Assembly: GCA_049472335.1 (NCBI GenBank)
Contig: JBLIRO010000028.1
Span: 1-58,511 of the forward strand
Source: a bacterium
GTDB taxonomy: Bacteria > SZUA-182 > DTGQ01 > JAFGSM01
Reading direction: 5' to 3'
Length of the DNA stretch: 58,511 bases
Shown: one piece after another, positions 1 to 10,059 of the stretch
Position numbering within the stretch: the stretch's first letter is position 1
Layout: each line of letters opens with the position of its first letter
Notes under the pieces: model-generated
Told to the model about the DNA's origin: nothing
Databases searched by the model: none
What the model saw: the letters and a program-made list of their open reading frames with translations, nothing else
Program-made: the position numbers and the translations under genes

Positions 1-204
1 ATTACGGCTCGTCCTCCAAGACTTAGAGTATTGGCAGCGTGTACAAACAAAACCATCGGGCCATCGGATCTGAGCAATATAGTCAAAACAGTCTTCTTCA
101 GTTTGAAATCGATTAATGAATTCTTCAAAGTTTTTTGGATAATTCTCTTGTATCATTTAGTATCCCCTCATCAGTATATAGCTTATAAAAGGAAATACTA
201 TATC

Positions 205-1653
205 TTGTATCTACTTGAGTCAAGGGAATACCCACTAAAGATTTTAATAATCTCCCTCCCTGTTATTTTTTTGTGTTTGTGCACATTTTTATCATCTACA
301 AATGCACAATTAGTCCCCGATCAAGCCAGCGAAATCGCTAAGATAAATGCCGCCATTAAGGCCAAAGGCGCCAGATGGATAGCTGGTGAGACTTCTGTTT
401 CCAGGCTTCCTGTTGAACAGGCCAGGATGTTGTGCGGTACAATATTAACCGCAGTAAATGAACCGGGACCGGCTGGAGAGGAGGCCGCTCCATATCCAGA
501 GAGTGCGTCTCTGCCTTCATCCTTTGACTGGCGGAATAAGGATGGTATCAATTATGTAACACCTGTAAAGAATCAGATGGATTGTGGGAGCTGCTGGGCC
601 TTTGCGACAGTTGGGGGCTTTGAATCACAGATTTTGATTGAAAATCCGGCTCTTATTGTCAATCTTTCAGAACAATATTTGGTCTTTTGTAGCAATAGCA
701 ATAATGGATGTTGCGGTGGATTTATTGATAGGGCATGTATTTTTTTGCTTAATACAGGAACGACTAATACGGCATGTGTTCCTTATTCCAGTGATGGGGC
801 CTATTATTATCGAGGGCGAAGGTGTATTGACAGCTCAGATCCATGCCCACCAAGTTGTACCGGTGTAGGCGATTTAATTATGGAAAGGATTTCCGGATGG
901 GAATGGATATCCAATATAGTTTCGTCTATTAAAGAAGCTCTGAATGAAAACGGACCCGTCCCCTGCTGGATGGCGGTCTATGATGACTTCAGGTTTTATG
1001 AAGGAGGAATATACGAGCATTTATCGGGGCAATATCTAGGTGGCCATGCGGTAATTATAATCGGATGGGAAGATCCGAATCAATGCTGGATCTGTAAAAA
1101 TAGCTGGGGTACTGATTGGGGTGAAGGTTATCCGGGGGGTGATTCCGGTGGCTATTTTAGAATTAAATATGGTGACAGCTATATAGGGGATTCGGCTGTA
1201 AAGTTGTTCTATGGGCCTGTGGTTACCTGTTCATCAAACGAAGAATGTGATGATTCAAATCCCTGCACCGTTGACAGTTGTGTTAATCCCGGAACTGTTG
1301 ATTCTTACTGTGAAAGTACCTCTTTGCCGGACAATACTCCCTGTGGAACGGGCATCTGCTGTAATGGTGAATGTATCACACCTGTCTGTTCAACAAACGG
1401 AGAATGCTCTGATGGGAATGAGTGTACTGTTGATACATGCTACAATGAAGGTACCTGCCTGGCTTTATGCGACAACTCATGGCCTCAGTGTGGTCTGTCA
1501 GATGGCTGTTGCGGTCCTGCCTGTACACTTTATTCTGATCCTGATTGTACTACCTCATGCTTACCGGTCGGATCTTTATGTACCAATGACTCAGAATGCT
1601 GCACTAATAAATGCAGGGGAAGGCCGGGAGAGAAAACCTGCAGGGCGTTATAA
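205..1653 (+). CDS. Secreted papain-family (C1A) cysteine protease with Cys-rich C-terminal repeats
   Basis: Motifs FDWR, PVKNQMDCGSCWAF (Gln/Cys), LSEQYL, GGHAV (His), KNSWGTDWG (Asn). Hydrophobic signal ends ...TNA-Q. The C-terminus has CDDSNPCTVDSC and CSDGNECTVDTC repeats. The ORF is open from 31; TTG at 205 downstream of AAGGA is my preferred start. Confidence 0.9.
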   Translation: MYLLESREYPLKILIISLPVIFLCLCTFLSSTNAQLVPDQASEIAKINAAIKAKGARWIAGETSVSRLPVEQARMLCGTILTAVNEPGPAGEEAAPYPESASLPSSFDWRNKDGINYVTPVKNQMDCGSCWAFATVGGFESQILIENPALIVNLSEQYLVFCSNSNNGCCGGFIDRACIFLLNTGTTNTACVPYSSDGAYYYRGRRCIDSSDPCPPSCTGVGDLIMERISGWEWISNIVSSIKEALNENGPVPCWMAVYDDFRFYEGGIYEHLSGQYLGGHAVIIIGWEDPNQCWICKNSWGTDWGEGYPGGDSGGYFRIKYGDSYIGDSAVKLFYGPVVTCSSNEECDDSNPCTVDSCVNPGTVDSYCESTSLPDNTPCGTGICCNGECITPVCSTNGECSDGNECTVDTCYNEGTCLALCDNSWPQCGLSDGCCGPACTLYSDPDCTTSCLPVGSLCTNDSECCTNKCRGRPGEKTCRAL

Positions 1654-1865
1654 AATTTAACTTTACAAATTCCTATTAAGGAATATCTGAAAAACATTAA
1701 AAATTTTGAAAAAAACAGAAGGGAAAAAATCAAAATTTTTTACGTCTATTATAATATATATGTAATTGATTCCAAGCCTTGCATCTGGGTAATTTTGATC
1801 CAATGGATACGGTAGAAATCACTATATAAAGTATCGTATATTATACTATGTTAAAATATAATTCC

Positions 1866-1881
1866 TGGTATTAAAATTGCA
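1866..1881 (+). promoter_or_regulatory. Putative sigma54 (-24/-12) promoter
   Basis: TGGTATTAAAATTGCA fits GG-N10-GC with TTGCA, about 120 bp upstream of the ORF at 2000. Confidence 0.5.
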
Positions 1882-1999
1882 CTATTTTGTAATATCTGAA
1901 TGGAAGTCTGTGTTAAAATGGTTACTGTTGTGCCTGGAAGAGAATTGTTCAATCCCGGCTAATGTCCTTGTTTATGCAGATCGTTAAAGGTGCTTTAAG

Positions 2000-4537
2000 T
2001 TGAAAAAAGTTGAGGTAATATTTTTATTAATAGTAATCCTTTCTTTCGCCGGATTTTTTAAAAATGAAAACATATGTATGGGAAGCCAGGATTTCTATGG
2101 GCAACTGGCTCTGTTGAATTACATAACACCGAATAATCCCGCAATTTTTCAAGATTTGAACCGATCATACTCACCATTATCCCAATCAGTAATATGGCAA
2201 ACCAATGCTATGAGGGATAATACAGCTATGAATTGGCAGTATTACGTGCAAGATTTTAACAAGTATATAATCAATACTTCCTTTCTTCCTTTAAGTAAAG
2301 GTATTTATGAATTTGGGAATATTCTTGCTGAAAACAATAGCTTTTGGACAAACAACACAGGGTCTGACAATATGTCATTGTGTGGTGACGGAGGTAGTAA
2401 TTATTTGTTTGTTGAGCCTTTTATTGCTCCATGGTATTTATATAATCCTAGTGGGGCTATTTGGGGTGGAGTCATGAATACAAGCCTGTGGCCAATGATA
2501 GACATGTATGATACTGGAATCATTGAGTTTAATTGGTCAGGAGTTATTCCATCGTTAACATATTATGACTGGTCATGGATAGTGCCCTGGTATTCAGGGA
2601 GAAAATCAGAGTATTCACGGATAGAAGCTGAGTATTCAGATAATGGAGGGATAGATCCCGAAGATGGAGTTACTATTATTCATGATTTGGCTATGTTCGA
2701 GACTATGGCCTGTATGAGTGATGTGCCCGGGGCTTTGAATGTAAGAGAAGTAAAATTTTTGGTTGTCGGGGTAGATACAGATAATCCGGCTGTTTATTTC
2801 TATAATACCAAAAAACATACCTATCATTTTACCTTTGCCAGAGATGTTTTGAAAATTTACAATGATTTGTATAAATTCAATTCGCAAACATATTTTACTG
2901 ATTACAACCGTAAAAATCTTGCCGGCTCTATTATTGCGTATGACAATTATCAGCTTGAAACCGGCGAGAAGGGGATTTATGCTATTGAATTTTGGCCGAG
3001 TGATCCGGTGAGGTTTAAATTTGTAAAAATTGCCTATGATCTTATAACCGATAAAATGCCTTTTGCAGGGGCACACATCGCTTATCATGCTGTTGGAGAG
3101 ATTCAACGAAATTTGTTTGAAGAAGAGAAATTCAAATATGAAAATTCTTATGTAAAAACAATCAGCAGTGAAGATCTCTTCGAAAATATAGCTTACAGTC
3201 CACTTAACATTGGGGAATCATATGGTCTCCTTAGAATTATTGAAAGTGACGAGGTTGTCACGGCCAAAGATATTGTTATCTTCAAAACCGCTCCAAATGA
3301 TCTGACTCATGTGGCGGGAATTATTACCGAAACACCCCAGACTCCACTTTCACATATTAATTTGAAGGCTAAACAGAACAATACTCCTAACATATATATA
3401 AAAAATGCCTCAGCCCATCCCGAGATCGTACCTTTTGTTGGCCAATATGTACATTTTCAAATAACTTCCGATGGATTTGCAATTGAAGCGGCTAATCAGA
3501 AGGAAGTTGATGATTTTTTTGAATCAATCCGTCCATCTCTGCCTCAATCCCCTGTCAGGGATTTAAGCGTGACAACAATAGCCGCACTGAATAGTATAAA
3601 TGCGTCAGATTTTTCAGCTTATGGTGTAAAAGCGGCCAATGTTGCAGAACTCGCAAAATTCCTGCCTTATGGAATGGTCCCTGATGGTTTTGCCGTGCCC
3701 TTTTATTTTTATGATGAGTTTATGAAATACAACAATTTTTATCAGGAAGCAGCCGATATGTTAGCTGATGAGGTGTTTAAAAATGATCCCCAGGTTCGTC
3801 AGGCAGCTCTTGCTGCTTTCAGAAAGAGAATAAAGCAGGGTGAAGCACCTCAGTGGATGGATAATCAACTGCAAGAGGTTTATGATGACCTCAGAAATCG
3901 TGATAACAATAGAGATGTTAGGGCCCGTTCCAGCACAAACAATGAAGATCTGGAAGGATTTAACGGTGCCGGTCTTTATGAATCCTATACTCATAAACCG
4001 GATGAAGGTCGATTTATTAATACTATTCGGCAGGTATGGTCTGGCCTTTGGACTTATCGGGCTTTTGAAGAAAGAGATTTTTATCGCATTGATCATTTTA
4101 AGGCAGCGATGGGTGTTCTTGTTCATCATAATTACAAAAATGAGATCGCAAATGGTGTGGCAGTGACCAAAAATATTTTTGATCCGAATTGGGAGGGATT
4201 TTATGTGAATGTTCAGGTCGGAGAAGACTTGGTTACTAATCCTGAAGAAGAATCTATTCCGGATGAGTTCCTGGTGGCAAGGATTCCGGTTTCAAACTGG
4301 CAAATCGATTATGAAATTGTGACCATTCGGCATTCAAATAAAACGGGAAATGGAGAGAATGTGTTAAGTGATAATCATATACAAGAACTTATCAGTGCAA
4401 TGGCCTATATTCAAGAACACTTTAGAAAGGTTTACCATATTGCTGAAAATGATCTGAGCTTTGCAATGGATATTGAATTCAAAGTCACTCAGGAAGATGA
4501 GTTACACATTAAGCAGGCTCGTCCCTGGATCGATTAA
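2000..4537 (+). CDS. PEP/pyruvate-binding (PPDK N-terminal, ATP-grasp) domain protein with N-terminal signal and low-complexity aromatic region
   Basis: YGVKAANVAEL, VPDGFAVPF, RSSTNNEDLEGFNGAGLYES, MDIEFK...KQARP. No phospho-His swivel or C-terminal TIM barrel recognised. Confidence 0.8.
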   Translation: MKKVEVIFLLIVILSFAGFFKNENICMGSQDFYGQLALLNYITPNNPAIFQDLNRSYSPLSQSVIWQTNAMRDNTAMNWQYYVQDFNKYIINTSFLPLSKGIYEFGNILAENNSFWTNNTGSDNMSLCGDGGSNYLFVEPFIAPWYLYNPSGAIWGGVMNTSLWPMIDMYDTGIIEFNWSGVIPSLTYYDWSWIVPWYSGRKSEYSRIEAEYSDNGGIDPEDGVTIIHDLAMFETMACMSDVPGALNVREVKFLVVGVDTDNPAVYFYNTKKHTYHFTFARDVLKIYNDLYKFNSQTYFTDYNRKNLAGSIIAYDNYQLETGEKGIYAIEFWPSDPVRFKFVKIAYDLITDKMPFAGAHIAYHAVGEIQRNLFEEEKFKYENSYVKTISSEDLFENIAYSPLNIGESYGLLRIIESDEVVTAKDIVIFKTAPNDLTHVAGIITETPQTPLSHINLKAKQNNTPNIYIKNASAHPEIVPFVGQYVHFQITSDGFAIEAANQKEVDDFFESIRPSLPQSPVRDLSVTTIAALNSINASDFSAYGVKAANVAELAKFLPYGMVPDGFAVPFYFYDEFMKYNNFYQEAADMLADEVFKNDPQVRQAALAAFRKRIKQGEAPQWMDNQLQEVYDDLRNRDNNRDVRARSSTNNEDLEGFNGAGLYESYTHKPDEGRFINTIRQVWSGLWTYRAFEERDFYRIDHFKAAMGVLVHHNYKNEIANGVAVTKNIFDPNWEGFYVNVQVGEDLVTNPEEESIPDEFLVARIPVSNWQIDYEIVTIRHSNKTGNGENVLSDNHIQELISAMAYIQEHFRKVYHIAENDLSFAMDIEFKVTQEDELHIKQARPWID

Positions 4538-4785
4538 GATTTTATATCTGTCCGGTCCTTCACAAAAAATAAATCGGTTGTTTTTGGGGAAGTCAAGGAT
4601 CAAATCTTTTAATCAAAAAAAGGAATTGTCCCCTTTTCCTGTTTTTCGTAATCAAAAAGAAAATAATAGCGTCTAGATATTTTTGAAAGAAAAATAGTAT
4701 AATATGTTATAAAAGGAGGATAATTGTTATGATAATTAATAAAGTATAATATTCGATTATTCTAATTTATTAGAAGGAAGAGATC

Positions 4786-5706
4786 ATGAAAAAGCTCGTA
4801 ATTATTACAATAATAAATGTTTTCTTAATATTTATTAGTTCAATAATTTATGCCCAAGTAAATTTCCCGTTCTTTCAGTATCCCAATTTTTATGGTCAAT
4901 ATAGACAGTTATCCGGATTTCAATCTTACACCCCCGGATATTTTTCATTGTTTAATCCAACTGGTCAATATGGACAACAATGGGGATTGCAATCTTACAT
5001 CCCAGGAAATTTTAGATCATACAGTTCAATTCCGCAGTCCTGGTCGTCTCAGTTCCGTTTATCATCCGAATTATCACCCAGCTTTATATTTAATTCATCA
5101 CCTGCTATTCCATCCTTGGGAGGCATGCCAAACAGTTTTTTTTATTCACCATCAATAAGTGGTTTTGGTAATCTATCTATAGGAAATTGGGGATTTCCTT
5201 CTTTTTATGCACCTGTTCTGCCTGGTAATTATTTTTCCGTTGGCGGTATGCCTCAAGGACCATATTATAGCTATGATGAGCCTCTTTTCGGTCATGATAA
5301 TACCAAAAATCCATATGCCTCAGATGCCCTTTGGAATTTAAACTGGGATCTTGAGGATACTGATATAACTTTAGAGATGCCTGATGATGGAGAATCTATT
5401 ATCGTCGATAAAGGGGAAACCATAGGCTTTATTCTACCTAATTACCGGGATAACTATGATGCTGATATCGAATGGGAACTTGATGAGGGTGAGCTTGATG
5501 AAAATGTAGTAAAAAAAATTAGTGATAAACGGTTTCCCGGCTATTGGTATAATAATGGATGGTTGAATCCAGTGTTTAAAGATGGGGTTGAGCAGTGGAT
5601 CTTCAAAGCTATTGGTCTTGGTACGACAACCATCAAAATTGATTGCATAAATAGAGAAGATGATAATACAGGGACGATTGAGATTTATGTTACTGTAACT
5701 GATTAG
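4786..5706 (+). CDS. Secreted protein: Ser/Phe/Pro/Gly-rich region plus C-terminal chagasin-like (I42) Ig-fold domain
   Basis: Signal peptide ends IYA-Q. The C-terminal DDGESIIVDKGETIGFILP...WEL...EQWIFKAIGLGTTTIKI pattern resembles I42 inhibitors, but the NPTTG loop is absent. Confidence 0.6.
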   Translation: MKKLVIITIINVFLIFISSIIYAQVNFPFFQYPNFYGQYRQLSGFQSYTPGYFSLFNPTGQYGQQWGLQSYIPGNFRSYSSIPQSWSSQFRLSSELSPSFIFNSSPAIPSLGGMPNSFFYSPSISGFGNLSIGNWGFPSFYAPVLPGNYFSVGGMPQGPYYSYDEPLFGHDNTKNPYASDALWNLNWDLEDTDITLEMPDDGESIIVDKGETIGFILPNYRDNYDADIEWELDEGELDENVVKKISDKRFPGYWYNNGWLNPVFKDGVEQWIFKAIGLGTTTIKIDCINREDDNTGTIEIYVTVTD

Positions 5707-5990
5707 TATTAGATTTAAGTAAAATTATCCTTTGATAACCTCGATAAATTTATTGATATTTACAAATTCGTCTTTAATAAAGGGCTGTGATTTTAAAATA
5801 TGTCTCGGACATCAGATATTTTCTTATTGATTATAAACAATGTCTTTTATCCCTTTACGAATGTTTAATTTTGGGGACTCATTTCTCTGATGATCCAACG
5901 GTATTCAGTTATTAAAAGGAGCAATCTGAGTTGAAGATTTTTAGTATTGAATATACATGGATAAAAATTAAAGAGTTAAAGGAGGGAGTC

Positions 5991-7103
5991 ATGATGAACA
6001 TAATGAAAAGGATAAGGTGTTTGAAGGTGTTGGGAATAGGCCTGTTTGTTTTTTTTAGTCTTTTCTTTATGGCCAACCGGAGTATGGCTGAAAAACCATG
6101 GATTGAACTTGACGACATCGATGAATCGGCTGATGACGCGCAGTTCATCAAATGGGAAATCAAAGCCGAAAAAACTTATGACGTTGTGGTTTATATGGAA
6201 GATGATGATGGAAATGAGTTTTCGATTGTATTTAGAACAAGAGATGATGAAAATGAATATGATACTTCAGAAAAAGACCGGCTTGTTGTTGGAATTGGAA
6301 AAGAGGAAGATTACTATTTTGATGACACTAGAAGGATTTATGAGTCAAAATCCTTTGATTCTCTATCGTCCAGGCATTTATATGAAAATAGCGATATAAG
6401 CTACAATTTCGATGATGATACAACAATCAATAAAATACGTATTTACGGCGAGGACTTCCAGCTATATTATATCGCCCTGGCTGACTCTGACTACTTTGAT
6501 GACTTGAGTTGGGAGAGGGATGCCGGTAATTGGGGTAATCTTATTAACTTTCAAAATGATAACGGAAAGTTTTCCAACGATACATCTATAGAGTTCACAA
6601 GTTCGTATATTCATGTCACCGAAAAAATTACCATTCCGTATTACTCTGTGTATGGTGGTATGTATGGTGGATTATATGGTGGTTTATATGGTGGTTTGTA
6701 TGGCATGTATGGTGGTCTTTATGGTAGCAGCCCAGGAGGCATTTATTATGGATATGGTGCCGGCCCTGCCGGTTTCCAATATGGCATGTATGGCGGCGGT
6801 TATTATGGCGGCCCTGGCAGCCCTCAATATGGTATATACGGTATGTATGGCGGTATAAACAATCCATACGGTCCCCAATATCCTACATATAGTAATCCCG
6901 GCGTAGGCCCATATCTTCCATATCAGCCAAAAAGTTATCCTTGGGGCCCATATCCCCCATATCAGCCAGCTAATTATCCTTGGAGCGGCCAATATTCCTT
7001 ATATCGACCACAAGGTTATCCTGGCGGTCCATATCCCCTGTCTCAACCACCAGGATATCCCGTGTATTCTCCATATCGTCCGGCTTATTATCCTGTTTAC
7101 TGA
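5991..7103 (+). CDS. Secreted protein with acidic domain and Gly/Tyr/Pro-rich repetitive tail
   Basis: GGAGGGAG RBS before ATG 5991, signal ends SMA-E, tail has YGGMYGGLYGGLY and PYQPxxYPW repeats. Confidence 0.75.
   Translation: MMNIMKRIRCLKVLGIGLFVFFSLFFMANRSMAEKPWIELDDIDESADDAQFIKWEIKAEKTYDVVVYMEDDDGNEFSIVFRTRDDENEYDTSEKDRLVVGIGKEEDYYFDDTRRIYESKSFDSLSSRHLYENSDISYNFDDDTTINKIRIYGEDFQLYYIALADSDYFDDLSWERDAGNWGNLINFQNDNGKFSNDTSIEFTSSYIHVTEKITIPYYSVYGGMYGGLYGGLYGGLYGMYGGLYGSSPGGIYYGYGAGPAGFQYGMYGGGYYGGPGSPQYGIYGMYGGINNPYGPQYPTYSNPGVGPYLPYQPKSYPWGPYPPYQPANYPWSGQYSLYRPQGYPGGPYPLSQPPGYPVYSPYRPAYYPVY
6650..7100 (+). repeat. Intragenic 12-bp (YGGL/M) and longer Pro/Tyr coding repeats
   Basis: TATGGTGGTATG/TATGGTGGATTA/TATGGTGGTTTA/TATGGTGGTTTG tandem units, then CCATATC...TATCC repeats. 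Confidence 0.85.
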
Positions 7104-7367
7104 TTTGTTAATACTGTCTTTATGGAGGCTGTTAGTTAGACTTTTAGCCAGCATTCAATTTATGATAATTGGTTGCCTTGTTTGTAGTCAGCCCTTTGAC
7201 AAATGAGCTTGACAGATTATCTTGACGTATGATATTATAGGTAAATAAATATTTACTTACGATGATTGATTGTTTATGATATCTACGTTCCCTAAATTTA
7301 TGTTTTGGAAACGGGTAATTACCGGTTTTAAAAATCATTTTTAATGACTATAACACAGGTGGTTTGT

Positions 7368-8015
7368 ATGGCAAAGGATGATGCATTCTTCGATTTTCTG
7401 AAAAGATGTGAGATCAAAGATAGAGAAGCCTGGAATACCTTTATTGAGAAGTATGGCAGTTATATTTATCTTTATATCAATAAAATATTGAGTAGATACA
7501 ACGCATTCCCTCAAAACGGTGAAGCAGGGGAAGTATTCAATTCGGTTTTTTCGACCTTATCGGATAATAACTGTAAAGAGTTGAAAAATTTTCAGGGAGA
7601 AAATGAATACTCTTTTTTGGCCTATTTAAGGGAGATCAGTTTTCGTGTAACGCTGGATTTTTTGAGGGTAAAAAGAAGAATTGTCGATCTGGAGAAGAAT
7701 CGAAATTACTCTCAAATAAGGGACCATTCCATGCGGTTTAATAAAAATTACCTCAGGGAGATTTTATCAAGTATATGTGAAGAGCTTCATCCCAGGCATC
7801 ATTACTTGTTTAGATTGATTTATGTAGAAGGACTGGATTCGTCGGAAGTCGCTGAAATTATGAATATAAATTTAAACGCCCTCAGTAAGCTAAAATCTAA
7901 TATGTTAAAAAATCTTATTGCGGCTGCAAAAAGGAAGGGTTTATACCGGGAATTAAAATTGTTTCTTGTCAATCGCCCAATAACCATGCCGTATCCATCG
8001 GCAAAGACGACTTGA
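7368..8015 (+). CDS. ECF-type sigma-70 factor
   Basis: Region 2 (AWNTFIEKYG...SFLAYLREISFRVTLDFLR) and region 4 HTH (YVEGLDSSEVAEIMNI). ORF open from 7344. Confidence 0.75.
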   Translation: MAKDDAFFDFLKRCEIKDREAWNTFIEKYGSYIYLYINKILSRYNAFPQNGEAGEVFNSVFSTLSDNNCKELKNFQGENEYSFLAYLREISFRVTLDFLRVKRRIVDLEKNRNYSQIRDHSMRFNKNYLREILSSICEELHPRHHYLFRLIYVEGLDSSEVAEIMNINLNALSKLKSNMLKNLIAAAKRKGLYRELKLFLVNRPITMPYPSAKTT

Positions 8016-8488
8016 TCATTCAGTTACTTATCAAAATGCACCCCAATTAACCTAAATTGTCTCGGGCCAGACTCCCCCGGATAAGGATAAAGACTGGAAG
8101 CCCTTGTTAAGCCTGGCGGTTTCACCATCCGAATTTTTAATTACCGCATCATGTAAGCCGGCAAGCAGCATTGAAAATAAGTTAAAGTTTACTCACTATA
8201 ATATTATTATATATTATTTGTCAACTTAAGAAGCTATTCTTACAGCAATTCTTGTATGATAAAAGTAAAAATATTAACCACGAAAAATTTATTTATATAT
8301 TATTAGCAGTGCTGCTGATAAATATTAATCATTAAAAAAATTCAAAACATATGAAGAATAGGGCATGAGAAAAAAAATTAAATAATAAGCAGAAACAGGT
8401 CGATTTACTATGGTTGTTTTTTATGGTTTAATTAAAAGTATGAAAAAGGAATTGATATTAAGGACCCTGGAAGGATGTGAGAACGATT

Positions 8489-9078
8489 ATGCCTGAATTG
8501 CCGGATGTGGAAGTGTTTAGACAATATACTGATGCCACTTCATTATACCAAAGGATTGATGATGTGGAAGTAAAAAACAAAAAGATTTTAAAGAGCGTAA
8601 GTAGCCGTAAATTGGATGGTACATTAAAAGGCCGCACTTTCGAAAATACCGGCCGCCATGGCAAGTATCTTTTTATCCAGATGGATAATGAAAGGTGGTT
8701 GCTCATTCATTTTGGAATGATAAAGATGCACTCTCGGGAAGACGGGGAAGTATAAAGTCCACCCTGATGAACCAACGGATTATGGCAGGGATCGGAAATA
8801 TCTATGCGGATGAGATACTTTTTCAGGCAAAAGTACATCCCCAAACCAATTCCGGCCGGTTGGATGATAAAATGCTTGAGTCGGTTTTTCAGCAGATGAA
8901 GAGGATTTTACAAACCGCCATTGAAAAAAAAGCGAATCCATCTAAAATGCCTCATTCCTGGCTTTTTCCCCGGAGAAAAGATGGAGAAGAATGTCCGTTG
9001 TGCGGAGGTGATATTGGAAAGTTAAAGGTCTCTGGCCGAACAGCCTATTATTGTCCCTCTTGCCAAAGAAAGAGATAA
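8489..9078 (+). pseudogene. mutM: Fpg/Nei DNA glycosylase with internal deletion and frameshift
   Basis: MPELPDVE...RHGKYL...HFGM is joined directly in another frame to IKSTLMNQRIMAGIGNIYADEILF and the CPLC...CPSCQ zinc finger. The junction is at about 8720. Confidence 0.85.
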
Positions 9079-9192
9079 CCAGAACCTTTTTAAATTGACT
9101 TTTAGATATATAATGAATATTTTTACCTAAACCCATATCTTGCAGTCTCAGTAGATTACAAATACAAGATCTGGGATGAAAGGGGAGGAAAC

Positions 9193-9822
9193 ATGAACTG
9201 CCTAATCGTAACGGATATCCAGTATGATTTTTGTCCGGGAGGGGCCTTACCAGTCAAGGAAGGAGACCTTATTATACCGGTTATCAACCGGCTCAGGAGA
9301 TTATTCGCCACCGTGGTATTCATACAGGACTGGCATCCGAAGGATCATATTAGCTTTGCTTCCAATCATAATAAAAAGGTGGGGGAAGTGATTCAAGTCA
9401 AGGGAACGACCCAGGTTTTATGGCCGGACCATTGCGTTCAGAATACGCAGGGGGCCAGGCTAAGAGAGGAATTGGATGTGAAGGAGGACGATTTCATCGT
9501 CCGGAAAGGAACCGACCCGGAAGTGGATTCTTACAGCGGGTTCTTCGACAACCAGCGGGTACATAAGACTACCCTGGATTGTTACCTGCAGGAAAAAAGG
9601 GCTCAACATCTCTATATCACAGGCCTGGCTACGGATTACTGTGTAAAATTCACTGTCCTGGATGCCCTGGACCTGGGATACCAGGTTACCGTGGTCCGGG
9701 ATGCCACCAGAGGAGTTGACCTGAATTCGGGGGATGTGGACATAGCGCTTAAGGAAATGAGGAAAAAAGGGGCGCAGATATTAGATAGTGATGAAGTGAT
9801 AAAGGCGTTACAGACTAAATGA
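9193..9822 (+). CDS. pncA: Nicotinamidase/pyrazinamidase
   Basis: DIQYDFCPGGAL, QDWHP, WPDHCVQ, KGTDPEVDSYSGF, GLATDYCV; strong GGAGG RBS. Confidence 0.93.
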   Translation: MNCLIVTDIQYDFCPGGALPVKEGDLIIPVINRLRRLFATVVFIQDWHPKDHISFASNHNKKVGEVIQVKGTTQVLWPDHCVQNTQGARLREELDVKEDDFIVRKGTDPEVDSYSGFFDNQRVHKTTLDCYLQEKRAQHLYITGLATDYCVKFTVLDALDLGYQVTVVRDATRGVDLNSGDVDIALKEMRKKGAQILDSDEVIKALQTK

Positions 9823-10059
9823 ATGTCATTAGTAGGTGATTGAAATGGCCGGATGTGTAATTCAGATAATTCTTCCGGTCTTTTGAATTTTAGAATATTT
9901 GAAATATCCGATGTTTTTTGACAAATCAAAAAGATCCGGCAATATTTTTTATGGATCCCTGATTTATTATTACAAAGGCGATCCCCGGATATTCCCGGAG
10001 ATCACCTTTGATCCTATTTACTCACCTTACAGTATTTTAATCTCCTGGCATCAAATTCA

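Noticed and set aside
31..204. N-terminal extension of the protease ORF
   Set aside because: No RBS, and it would bury the signal peptide; it may belong to an upstream or opposite-strand feature cut by the window.
2636..4166. Antisense and alternate-frame ORFs inside long genes here and throughout the window
   Set aside because: They are shadows of well-supported CDSs with no independent motifs.
6650..6730. Short tandem repeats as a possible CRISPR array
   Set aside because: They are 12-bp in-frame coding repeats without unique spacers, and no cas genes are present.
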